Part shown: positions 1-8,259 of the stretch, piece by piece
How positions within the stretch are numbered: position 1 is the first letter of the stretch
How the letters are laid out: each line of letters starts with the position of its first letter
Origin: Methylorubrum extorquens
GTDB taxonomy: Bacteria; Pseudomonadota; Alphaproteobacteria; Rhizobiales; Beijerinckiaceae
Length of the DNA: 32,000 nucleotides
Direction: 5' to 3'
NCBI GenBank assembly: GCA_900234795.1
Contig: LT962688.1
Coordinates: forward strand, 3,240,001-3,272,000
Translations under genes and position numbers: made by a program
Notes under the pieces: generated by a model
Told to the model about the DNA's origin: nothing
Databases searched by the model: none
Seen by the model: the letters and a program-made list of their open reading frames with translations, nothing else

Positions 1-1
1 C

Positions 2-1408
2 GCCAAGCAGGCCGAACTGATCGGGCGGGGCGAGCGCCGGACGCTGGCCCGCTCGCGCTCCGTCCTCGACCTGCTCGCCGGGGTGCTCGAGCAATCGCGC
101 TTTTCCGCCGCCTGCACCGCCGCGGTGACGGACCTTGCCATCGCCTTTTCCTGCCAGCGCGCGGCAATCGGCTTCGTGCGGCGCGGCAGCACCCGGATCG
201 CGGCGATCTCGCACTCGGCGCAGTTCGGCCGCGAGATGAACCTCGTGCGCCGCCTCGGCGCCTGCATGAACGAGGCGATCGACCAGCGCAGCCTGATCCT
301 GTTCCCGCCGCCCGAGAACGAGGCCACCGTCACGACGGCGCATGCCGACCTCGCCCGCCTGCAATATGGCGGCCGAGTGCTGACCGTGCCGATGCTCGTC
401 GATGACCGCTTCGTCGGCGCCATCACCCTGGAGCGGCCCGCCGACCAGCCGTTCAGCCTCGAGATCGTCGAGCAGGTGAGCGCCTGCGCCGCCGCCATCG
501 GCCCGGTGCTGGAAGACAAGCGGCAGAACGACCGATGGCTGGTGCTGAAGGCCACCGACGCCGTGATGAACGGCGCGCGGCTGGTCTTTGGCCCGAACCA
601 TACCGGGCTCAAGCTCGGCCTCGCCGCGACGCTGGCCGTGGTCCTGGCGCTCTCGGTGATCAAGATCGATTACCGCGTGACTGCGGACGCCCGCGTCGAA
701 GGCCTCGTGCGCCGTTCCGTCGTCGCCTCCTACGACGGCTACCTGAAGACCGCCGGGCACCGCGCCGGCGACACGGTGCGCAAGGGCGATCTCCTCGCCG
801 CCCTGGAAGACCGCGATCTCGCCCTGGAGCGCCTGCGCTGGGTCACCGAGCGCCAGCAGCGCACCTACGAGTACGACAAGGCGCTCGCCACCCGGCAGCC
901 CGCCACGATCAACGTGGTGAAGAGCCAGATCGATCAGGCCGACGCGCAGATCCGCCTGCTCGACGAGCAGATCGCGCGCTCGAAATTCACCGCGCCCTTC
1001 GACGGCTTGATCGTCTCCGGCGACCTTTCGCAATCCATCGGCGGCGCCATCAGCCGCGGACAGGTGCTGTTCGAGATCGCTCCGCTCGACAGCTACCGCG
1101 TCGTCCTCAGCGTGGACGAGCGCCTGATCGCCGACCTGCGCGAGGGCCAGACCGGGCACGTGCTCGCGACCTCCCTGCCCGACCAGCCGCAAGTGCTGAC
1201 GATCCAGACCATCACCCCCGTGGCCGAGGCCAAGAACGGCCGCAACCTGTTCCGGGTCGAGGGCCGGATCGAGGACGGCGCCACCCGGCTGCGGCCGGGC
1301 ATGGAAGGCATCGCCAAGGTCGATGTCGACCGGCGGCTGCTCGCCTGGGTCTGGGCCCGGCCGATCGTCGATTGGGTGCACCTCGCCCTCTGGCACTGGT
1401 GGCCGTGA
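2..1408 (+). CDS. GAF domain / HlyD-family membrane fusion (periplasmic adaptor) protein, probably 5'-partial
   Basis: The frame is open from base 2 with no stop before the GTG at 83, so the gene likely starts upstream of the window. The N-terminal part looks like a GAF domain (VPMLVDDRFVGAITLERP...). A hydrophobic helix follows (LGLAATLAVVLALSVI). The rest is HlyD-like: a lipoyl-like hairpin (GDTVRKGDLLAALED), a coiled coil, then FTAPFDGLIV and a beta-barrel region. An 11-nt gap containing gagg precedes the next gene. Confidence 0.75.
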   Translation, partial: AKQAELIGRGERRTLARSRSVLDLLAGVLEQSRFSAACTAAVTDLAIAFSCQRAAIGFVRRGSTRIAAISHSAQFGREMNLVRRLGACMNEAIDQRSLILFPPPENEATVTTAHADLARLQYGGRVLTVPMLVDDRFVGAITLERPADQPFSLEIVEQVSACAAAIGPVLEDKRQNDRWLVLKATDAVMNGARLVFGPNHTGLKLGLAATLAVVLALSVIKIDYRVTADARVEGLVRRSVVASYDGYLKTAGHRAGDTVRKGDLLAALEDRDLALERLRWVTERQQRTYEYDKALATRQPATINVVKSQIDQADAQIRLLDEQIARSKFTAPFDGLIVSGDLSQSIGGAISRGQVLFEIAPLDSYRVVLSVDERLIADLREGQTGHVLATSLPDQPQVLTIQTITPVAEAKNGRNLFRVEGRIEDGATRLRPGMEGIAKVDVDRRLLAWVWARPIVDWVHLALWHWWP

Positions 1409-1419
1409 GGGGTTGAGGC

Positions 1420-3567
1420 ATGTCCCAGTCCCTGTTCAGCCAATCGTGGTACCGCGTCGCGGCCCTGCGCCCGCGCCTGCGCCGCCATGCCGAGATCCAC
1501 CGGCAGAGCTTTCGCGGCGAGGTCTGGTACGTCCTTCAGGATCACCAGACCGGGCGCTTCCACCGCCTCTCGCCCGCCGCCAACCTCATCCTGTGCATGA
1601 TGGACGGGCGCCGCACCCTGCAGGAGGTGTGGGAGGCGGCCGCGCGCCGCAACGAGGATGACCCGCCGACCCAGGACGACACGATCCGTCTGATCTCGCA
1701 GCTCCACGGCTCGGACCTGCTCCAGGGCGACCTGCCGCCCGATCTCGCCGAACTCGCCGAGCGCTCGGAATCGACCGCGCGCCGCACCCTGATCGCCCGG
1801 GTGAAGAACCCGCTGGCCCTGCGCTTCCCGCTGTTCGACCCCGATCCGTTGCTCGACCGGGTCGCGCCGTATTTCCGGCCGCTCTTCTCGGTCTGGGGGC
1901 TCGCGGTCTGGCTCGCGGTGGTGATTGCCGGCCTCGTCGTGGCCGGGTTGCACGCGGGCGAGCTGACCGGCGACGTCGCCGGTCAGATGCTCTCGGCGCA
2001 GAACGTCGCGCTGATGATGTGCCTCTACCCCGTCATCAAGGCCCTACACGAGGCCGGGCACGCCTGCGCCGCAAAAGCCTGGGGCGGCGAGGTGCACGAG
2101 GTCGGCGTGATGCTGCTCGTGCTGTTCCCGGCGCCCTACGTCGATGCCTCGACCTCCGCCGCCTTCCCCAGCAAGTGGCAGCGGATGATGGTGGCCGCCG
2201 CCGGCATCTTCGTCGAGCTGTCCCTGGCGGGCCTTGCCGCCATCATCTGGGCCACGGCCGAGCCCGGCCTCGTGCGGGCGGCAGCCTTCAACGTGATGTT
2301 GATCGGCAGCGTTTCGACGCTGCTGTTCAACGGCAACCCGCTGCTGCGCTTCGACGGCTACTACATCTTCGCCGACCTGATCGAGATCCCGAATCTCGGC
2401 TCGCGGGCCAATCGCTACGTCTTCTACCTGATCGAGCGCTACGCCCTGAAGATCGAGGGCGCGAAGAGTCCGGTGACGGCGGATGGCGAGCGGCCCTGGC
2501 TGTTCGTCTACGCGGTGGCCGCCTTCGTCTACCGCACCACCGTCTCGATCGCGATCGCGAGCTTCATCGCCACGCAGTACTTCGTGTTCGGCGTGCTGCT
2601 GGCCGGGCTCGCGCTGTTCGGCACCGTGGTCTCGCCCCTGGTGAAGGGGCTCAAGTTCATCCTCACCGATCCGAAGCTGAACCGGCGCCGGAGCCGGGCT
2701 GTCACCCTCACGAGCGCCGCCACCGGTGCGGTTCTGGCCCTGCTGTTCGTGGTACCCCTGCCCTACACGACGATGGCGCAGGGCGTCGTCTGGGCGCCGG
2801 ACGACACGCAGATCCGCACCAAGACCGACGGCATCCTGACCACGCTGCTGGTGGAGCCCGGCCGCGACGCGCAGGCCGGCGAGGCCCTGGCGACGCTCGA
2901 AGACCCGAGCCTCGACAGCCGCGTCGCGGTGCTGGAGGCGCAGCTCGCCGAACTGCGCCTGCGCTACGACGCCGCCCGGCTCGGCGACCGGGTGCAGGCG
3001 CAGATTCTGCAGGAGCAGATCGCCAGCACGCAGGAGATCCTGCGGGTCTACCGTGAGCGGCAGGCCGGCCTCATCGTGCGGGCATCCCAGGCCGGCCGGC
3101 TGATCGTGCCGGGGGCCGTCGATCTGCCGGGGCGGTATCTGCGCCGGGGCGAGCGCATCGGCTACGTGCTCACCACAGACGACCCCGTAGTGCGGGTCGT
3201 GGTGCCGCAGACGGATGTGGACCTGATCCGCAGCCGGACGCAGGGCGTCGCCGCGCGGCTGGCCGAGAAGCCGGAGGAAGTCCGCGCCGGCTCGATCCTG
3301 CGCGAGGTGCCAGGGGCGCAGCAGGAGATCCCGAGCCTCGCCCTCGCGACGCAGGGCGGCGGCACCATCGCCGTGGACGCCAGCAACCCGCAGAAGCCGG
3401 TGGCGCTTCAGAGCATCTTCGTCTTCGACGTCCAGCTCGCGGGCGGCCTCCCTTTCAACGTGCTCGGCGAGCGGGTCTATATCCGGTTCGATCACGGGGC
3501 GGAGCCGATCGCGTGGCGCGCGCTGCGCAGCCTGCGGCAGGTGTTCCTGAGCCAGTTCCGTGTCTGA
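1420..3567 (+). CDS. Three-part fusion: PqqD-like N-terminal domain, M50 (site-2 protease family) zinc metalloprotease membrane core, HlyD-like periplasmic C-terminal domain
   Basis: The HExxH motif HEAGH lies at nt 2047-2061 in a hydrophobic context (LHEAGHACAAKAWGGEVHEVGVMLLVLFPAPYVDAS). The downstream NGNPLLRFDGYY fits the M50 third-ligand motif. The N-terminal 50-100 aa (RFHRLSPAANLILCMMDGRRTLQEVW...LISQLHGSDLL) follow a PqqD-like pattern. The C-terminal 250 aa have an HlyD-like lipoyl and coiled-coil pattern (GEALATLEDPSLDSRVAVLEAQLAELRL). Confidence 0.8.
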   Translation: MSQSLFSQSWYRVAALRPRLRRHAEIHRQSFRGEVWYVLQDHQTGRFHRLSPAANLILCMMDGRRTLQEVWEAAARRNEDDPPTQDDTIRLISQLHGSDLLQGDLPPDLAELAERSESTARRTLIARVKNPLALRFPLFDPDPLLDRVAPYFRPLFSVWGLAVWLAVVIAGLVVAGLHAGELTGDVAGQMLSAQNVALMMCLYPVIKALHEAGHACAAKAWGGEVHEVGVMLLVLFPAPYVDASTSAAFPSKWQRMMVAAAGIFVELSLAGLAAIIWATAEPGLVRAAAFNVMLIGSVSTLLFNGNPLLRFDGYYIFADLIEIPNLGSRANRYVFYLIERYALKIEGAKSPVTADGERPWLFVYAVAAFVYRTTVSIAIASFIATQYFVFGVLLAGLALFGTVVSPLVKGLKFILTDPKLNRRRSRAVTLTSAATGAVLALLFVVPLPYTTMAQGVVWAPDDTQIRTKTDGILTTLLVEPGRDAQAGEALATLEDPSLDSRVAVLEAQLAELRLRYDAARLGDRVQAQILQEQIASTQEILRVYRERQAGLIVRASQAGRLIVPGAVDLPGRYLRRGERIGYVLTTDDPVVRVVVPQTDVDLIRSRTQGVAARLAEKPEEVRAGSILREVPGAQQEIPSLALATQGGGTIAVDASNPQKPVALQSIFVFDVQLAGGLPFNVLGERVYIRFDHGAEPIAWRALRSLRQVFLSQFRV

Positions 3568-5596
3568 CCCCCTCGCCCTCTCCGCCGGCTCGGCGCCCGG
3601 AGCCGCCTTCCGCGTGCCGACCGTGCGCGCCTATTCCGAGCGCAAGCCGCTGAAGGCGAGCCGGCTGGATCAGGCCGCTGCGCGGGTGATCGGCCGCGTG
3701 CGCGTCGGGCTCGCCGGCTGGGCGGCCCGCCGCTACGCGCGGATCGCCCGCGCCGCCCTGGCGCAGGCCGAGGACATCGCCGAGCTGTCCGAAGAGGCGC
3801 TGCAATTCCGCATTCGGGCGATCACGGGCGCTCTGCGCGCCCGGAAAACGTTTCGCGATGCCGACATCGCGGAGGCGTTCGCGCTGATCCGCGAGATGTC
3901 GGGGCGGGTGAAGGGGCAGCGCCATTACGGCGTGCAGATGATGGGTGCTGCCGCCATCCTCGACGGGCGCGTCGCCCAGATGGCCACCGGCGAGGGCAAG
4001 ACCCTCACGGCGACGCTGGCCGCCGGGGCCGCGGCGCTGGCCGGCCTTCCCGTCCACGTCGTCACGGTCAACGATTACCTCGCCGAGCGCGACGCCGAGG
4101 AGATGCGTCCGCTCTACGCCGCGCTGGGGCTCACCGTCGGCGTCATCAAGGAGAAGCAGGAGCAGCCGGAGCGGGCACAGGCCTATGGCTGCCACATCAC
4201 CTACTGTACCAACAAGGATCTCGCCTTCGACTACCTGCGCGACCGGATCGCGTTGGGCCAGCGCGCCAGCGACGTGCGCCTCAAGCTCGAGAGCTTGCAT
4301 GCGAGCGCGAGCCGGCTCGCCCAGCTCCGCCTGCGCGGCCTGCACTTCGCCATCGTCGACGAGGCCGACAGCGTGCTGATCGACGAGGCGCGCACGCCGC
4401 TCATCATCTCGGCCCCGGCCGGCTCGCAGTTCGGCACGGAGGTGCTCGCCCGCGCCATGGAAATCGCGGCGGAGTTGAAGAGCCCCGAGGATTACGGGAT
4501 CGAGGCGGCCGAGCACCGGATCATCCTCACCGAGGCCGGCCGCGAGCGGATCACGCGTCTCGCCACGAGCGACGGGCGCGGCGAGGCCTCGGCTTGGCGT
4601 GGGCGTGTCACCCGCGAGGGGCTGGTGCGCCAGGCGCTCTCGGCTCTGCACCTGTTCCACCGCGACGAGCACTACATCCTGCGCGACGGCAAGGTGGTGA
4701 TCGTCGATGCCAATACCGGCCGGGTGATGCCGGACCGGAGCTGGAGCGACGGCCTGCACCAGATGGTCGAGCACAAGGAGGGCTGCGACCTCTCCGGCGC
4801 CCGCTCGACGCTGGCCCGCATGACCTACCAGCGCTTCTTCCGCCGCTATCCCCGGCTCGCCGGCATGACCGGCACGACCCGCGGCGTCGCCGCCGAATTC
4901 TGGACGGTCTACCGCCTACCGGTGGTGCGCATCCCGACGCACCGGCCGGTGCAGCGGCGCCACCTCCCCGACGAGGTCATGCCCGACGAGGCGGCGAAAT
5001 GGCGGCGGGTGACGGCACGCATCGCCGAGCTCCATGCGAAGGGCTGCCCGGTTCTCGTCGGCACCCGCTCGGTGGCGGCCTCCGCGCGGGCGAGCACGCA
5101 TCTCACCGCAGCCGGGCTGCCGCACACGGTGCTCAGCGCCGCTCAGGACGGGCAGGAAGCGGCCATCGTGGCGCAGGCCGGGCAGTGCGGCCGCATCACG
5201 GTGGCGACGAACATGGCCGGGCGCGGCACCGACATCAAGCTCGGCCCCGGCGTGGCTGAACGCGGCGGCCTGCATGTCATCATGGTCGAGCGCCAGGACG
5301 CGCAGCGCATCGACGACCAGCTCGCCGGCCGCAGCGGACGCCAGGGCGAGCCCGGCTGTTTCCAGGCGATTCTTTCGCTCGACGATCCGCTGCTGGATAG
5401 CAGCCTCGTTAGCCGCGGGCTCGCCCGCCGCATCATGGCGCTGCTCGGCCCCGAGCGCGGCCGGGTCTTCGGCGCGCGCCTGCTGCGCCACGCGCAGTTG
5501 CGCACCGAGCGGCTGCACGGGCGCATGCGCGCCGACCTGCTGCATTCCGACCAGATGCAGGACCGTATTCTGGCTTTTGCCGGCCATGCCGAGTGA
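3560..5596 (+). CDS. SecA-like ATPase paralog (NBD1, reduced PPXD, NBD2) truncated within the first helix of the helical scaffold domain
   Basis: SecA signatures are present: Walker A MATGEGKTL (nt 3980-), VTVNDYLAERDAEEM, ITYCTNKDLAFDYLRDR, Walker B AIVDEADSVLIDEARTPLIIS, TNMAGRGTDIKLG and LAGRSGRQGEPG. At 678 aa it is well short of the roughly 900 aa expected for housekeeping SecA. The GTG start overlaps the stop of the upstream gene by 8 nt, which suggests translational coupling. Confidence 0.85.
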   Translation: MSDPLALSAGSAPGAAFRVPTVRAYSERKPLKASRLDQAAARVIGRVRVGLAGWAARRYARIARAALAQAEDIAELSEEALQFRIRAITGALRARKTFRDADIAEAFALIREMSGRVKGQRHYGVQMMGAAAILDGRVAQMATGEGKTLTATLAAGAAALAGLPVHVVTVNDYLAERDAEEMRPLYAALGLTVGVIKEKQEQPERAQAYGCHITYCTNKDLAFDYLRDRIALGQRASDVRLKLESLHASASRLAQLRLRGLHFAIVDEADSVLIDEARTPLIISAPAGSQFGTEVLARAMEIAAELKSPEDYGIEAAEHRIILTEAGRERITRLATSDGRGEASAWRGRVTREGLVRQALSALHLFHRDEHYILRDGKVVIVDANTGRVMPDRSWSDGLHQMVEHKEGCDLSGARSTLARMTYQRFFRRYPRLAGMTGTTRGVAAEFWTVYRLPVVRIPTHRPVQRRHLPDEVMPDEAAKWRRVTARIAELHAKGCPVLVGTRSVAASARASTHLTAAGLPHTVLSAAQDGQEAAIVAQAGQCGRITVATNMAGRGTDIKLGPGVAERGGLHVIMVERQDAQRIDDQLAGRSGRQGEPGCFQAILSLDDPLLDSSLVSRGLARRIMALLGPERGRVFGARLLRHAQLRTERLHGRMRADLLHSDQMQDRILAFAGHAE

Positions 5597-5609
5597 GGAC
5601 TGTTTTGCG

Positions 5610-6491
5610 ATGACCCTTCTGGCTGGAACGCGGCAAGCCCGGATCTGCGCGGCGCTCGCTGCCCTCTTCCTCTCCACCTGCGCGGCGCGCGCCCAGGACA
5701 CCCGCGTCGATTGCGTGGTGGAGCCGGCGCAGAAACTGAAGATCGGTTCGGCGACGCTCGGCATCCTCAAGAGCGTGCCGGTCAATCGCGGCGCGGCGGT
5801 CAAGGCCGGCGACATCATCGCCCGGCTCGATTCGAGCGTGGAAGAGGCCAACGTCGCCCTGTCGCGGGCGCAGGCAGAATCGACCGCCGGCATCGAGGCG
5901 CAGCAGACCCGCGTCGAACTTTACAAGCGCCGCCTCGAACGCCAGAACCAGCTCTCAAAGGGCATCGTCACCCAGGAGAAGCTCGATCAGGTCGAGGCCG
6001 ATTACGAGATCGGGAGGCGCGACCTCCAGACCGAGATCCTCAAGCACAAGCTCAACGGCATCGAACTCCAGCGCGCCGAGGCGCAGCTCGAATTGCGGAT
6101 GATCCGCAGCCCGATCCGCGGCATCGTCACCGAGCGGTTGATGTCGGCCGGCGAGTTCGTACGCCAGGACAGCGCGATCTTCACCCTGGTCCAGCTCGAT
6201 CCGCTCTACGTCGAGGCCTACCTGCCGGTCTCCCGCTGGAAAGAGATCGCCCTCGGGATGCCGGCCACCGTCGTGCTCGACCAGCCGATCGGCGGCGCCT
6301 ACGAGGCCAAGGTCAGCGTGGTCGATCAGGTGTTCGACGCGGCGAGCGGCACCTTCGGCGTGCGCCTCGAATTACCGAACCCGGACTTCAAGCTGCCCGG
6401 CGGCCAGCGCTGCAAGGTCGCCTTCCCGCTTCCCCCCGCCGGGCCGCTCGCGACCGCCCTGCCCCCCGACGCCAAGTTCGACGCTAAGTAG
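5610..6491 (+). CDS. HlyD / efflux RND-type periplasmic adaptor subunit with N-terminal signal or lipoprotein-like peptide
   Basis: The ATG at 5610 gives MTLLAGTRQARICAALAALFLSTCAARAQD, a signal peptide. This is followed by a lipoyl-like motif (AVKAGDIIARLDS), a coiled coil, IRSPIRGIVTE and a beta-barrel region. An alternative ATG at 5586 overlaps the secA-like stop. The upstream part of the tracked ORF (5034-5609) lies inside the secA-like gene and is rejected. Confidence 0.8.
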   Translation: MTLLAGTRQARICAALAALFLSTCAARAQDTRVDCVVEPAQKLKIGSATLGILKSVPVNRGAAVKAGDIIARLDSSVEEANVALSRAQAESTAGIEAQQTRVELYKRRLERQNQLSKGIVTQEKLDQVEADYEIGRRDLQTEILKHKLNGIELQRAEAQLELRMIRSPIRGIVTERLMSAGEFVRQDSAIFTLVQLDPLYVEAYLPVSRWKEIALGMPATVVLDQPIGGAYEAKVSVVDQVFDAASGTFGVRLELPNPDFKLPGGQRCKVAFPLPPAGPLATALPPDAKFDAK

Positions 6492-6560
6492 GCGGCGAAT
6501 CGGAGACCGGTTGCCCGGCGCGATGGACCTTTGCCCGTCATCGACGTATTGCGCTGCACG

Positions 6561-7220
6561 ATGGAGCGGACGGCGACACGGATGCTGACGGTGGGGCTCG
6601 CGGCGCTCGGCGCCGCCGTGCCACCCGCCGACGCGGGCAGCGCGCGGGCGCAAGCGGCGGGAGCCGCCGCCGAGACAAGCCGGGAGGCGCAGGATGGGTC
6701 CGAGGCGCGCGCCTTGATCGAAACGCTGAGCGCCCGCCTTCTCGCCGCGCCGAGCGCCACCGCCGTTCTCGAAGCGTGGTGCGCCGAGCGCGGGCTCAGC
6801 CCCGATCCGCGGATCGTCGCCGTGCGCGTCCCCGGCCCGGACAAGCTCCCCGGCGCAGCCCGGCGCGAGCGGCTGGCCGTGGGCCCGGACGAGCCGGTGC
6901 GCTACCGCCGGGTGCGGCTCACCTGCGGCACCCACGTCCTGTCCGAGGCCGACAACTGGTACGTTCCGAGCCGCCTGACGCCCGCGATGAACGCGGCGCT
7001 CGACGGCACGCAGGCCCCCTTCGGCCACGTCGTGCGCCCGCTCGGTCCGAGCCGGCGCAACCGGTCGCTGACGATGCTGTGGCGGCCCGAATCCGGCGGC
7101 CTGCCGGGGCCCGGCGAACCGCTGTTCTCAGTCGAGGCGGTGCTGACGGCCGGCGGCGTGCCGTTCTGCGAAGTCGCCGAGACTTATACCGGCGCCGTGC
7201 TCATTCAGGGCGAGCGCTGA
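6561..7220 (+). CDS. Secreted hypothetical protein, last gene of the operon
   Basis: The ATG at 6561 (or 6582) gives a signal-peptide-like N-terminus (MLTVGLAALGAAVPPADAGSARAQA). Third codon positions are GC-rich, consistent with real coding. I recognise no family with confidence. The segment LEAWCAERGL...YRRVRLTCGTHVLSEADNWYVP vaguely recalls chorismate-lyase/UTRA-fold proteins, which is weak inference. Confidence 0.55.
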   Translation: MERTATRMLTVGLAALGAAVPPADAGSARAQAAGAAAETSREAQDGSEARALIETLSARLLAAPSATAVLEAWCAERGLSPDPRIVAVRVPGPDKLPGAARRERLAVGPDEPVRYRRVRLTCGTHVLSEADNWYVPSRLTPAMNAALDGTQAPFGHVVRPLGPSRRNRSLTMLWRPESGGLPGPGEPLFSVEAVLTAGGVPFCEVAETYTGAVLIQGER

Positions 7221-7255
7221 CGCGACTCCCGGCCAGACCCCAGTTTGTCCCATCC

Positions 7256-7334
7256 GTCATCGCGAGCGAAGAGATCCAGGACCGCGACGGCTTCGGAGAG
7301 GTCGGCGCGCTGGACGGCTTCATCTCGCCGTGAC
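7256..7334. repeat. REP-like imperfect intergenic palindrome between convergent genes
   Basis: The left arm is gtcatcgcgagcgaagagatccag (7256-7279). The right arm is ctggacggcttcatctcgccgtgac (7310-7334). The reverse complement of the right arm shares the blocks gtca/gcgag/gaag/tccag with the left arm. From memory it resembles a Rhizobiales repeat family with a GTCATTGCGAGCGAAGCGAAGCAATCCAG core. Confidence 0.45.
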
Positions 7335-7352
7335 GAGATCGAGCCTCTTAGA

Positions 7353-8243
7353 TCAAAAATCCTGATCGGCCCGGCGGCCCTCGCGGGCAAGGCGCAGCAG
7401 GTTCTGGCCGTAGCTGGTCTTGGCGAACAGCTCGCCGCGCGCTTGCAACTGCTCGCGGCCGATGAAGCCTTGCAGGTAGGCAATCTCCTCCAGGCAGGCG
7501 ACCTGAAGCCCCTGCCGGCGCTGCAGCACCCGCACGAACTCGCCGGCCTCGAGCAGGCTGTCATGCGTGCCTGTGTCGAGCCACGCGTAGCCGCGGCTCA
7601 TCCGCTCGACATGGAGCTGGCCGCGTTCGAGATAGGCTTGGTTGACGGATGTGATCTCGAGTTCGCCCCGGTCCGAGGGCTTCACCTCCGCGGCGATGTC
7701 GAGAACCTGATTGTCGTAGAAGTACAGGCCCGTCACCGCCCAGGGGCTTTCGGGGGTCTTGGGCTTCTCCACCAGCCGCAAGGGCCGGCCGGACTCGTCG
7801 AGGGTGACGACGCCGTAGGCCTCCGGATGATCGACGTGGTAGGCAAACACCGTCGCCCCGCTCTTGCGGGTGCGCGCCTTGGCGAGCAGGTCGCTCATGC
7901 CGTTGCCGAAGAAAAGGTTGTCGCCGAGCACCAGTGCCACGTCGTCGCTGCCGACGAAGTCGCGGCCGATGATGAAGGCCTGGGCCAGCCCTTCGGGTCG
8001 CGGCTGCACCGCATAGGTGAAGGTGACGCCGAACTGCTCACCGGTGCCGAGCAGGCGCTGGTAGTTGCCGAGATGCTCCGGCGAGGAGATGACGAGGATC
8101 TCGCGGATGCCGGCGAGCATCAGCACCGAGATCGGATAGTAGATCATCGGCTTGTCGTAGACCGGCAGCAGCTGCTTGTTGATCGCCAGCGTGGCCGGAT
8201 GGAGCCTGGTGCCGGAGCCGCCGGCGAGCACGATGCCCTTCAT
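7353..8243 (-). CDS. rfbA: Glucose-1-phosphate thymidylyltransferase
   Basis: [55 protein letters not shown] is the canonical RmlA N-terminus. The ATG at 8243 follows agga and lies just after the rfbD stop. The GTG start in the ORF track (8252) is less likely. Confidence 0.95.
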   Translation of the reverse strand: MKGIVLAGGSGTRLHPATLAINKQLLPVYDKPMIYYPISVLMLAGIREILVISSPEHLGNYQRLLGTGEQFGVTFTYAVQPRPEGLAQAFIIGRDFVGSDDVALVLGDNLFFGNGMSDLLAKARTRKSGATVFAYHVDHPEAYGVVTLDESGRPLRLVEKPKTPESPWAVTGLYFYDNQVLDIAAEVKPSDRGELEITSVNQAYLERGQLHVERMSRGYAWLDTGTHDSLLEAGEFVRVLQRRQGLQVACLEEIAYLQGFIGREQLQARGELFAKTSYGQNLLRLAREGRRADQDF

Positions 8244-8259
8244 ACGAAACACGTCCTGA

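Noticed and set aside
5034-5609. Upstream extension of the HlyD adaptor ORF into the secA-like gene.
   Set aside because: The extension lies entirely inside the well-supported secA-like frame and encodes Arg/Ser/Ala-rich nonsense. The signal peptide begins at ATG 5610.
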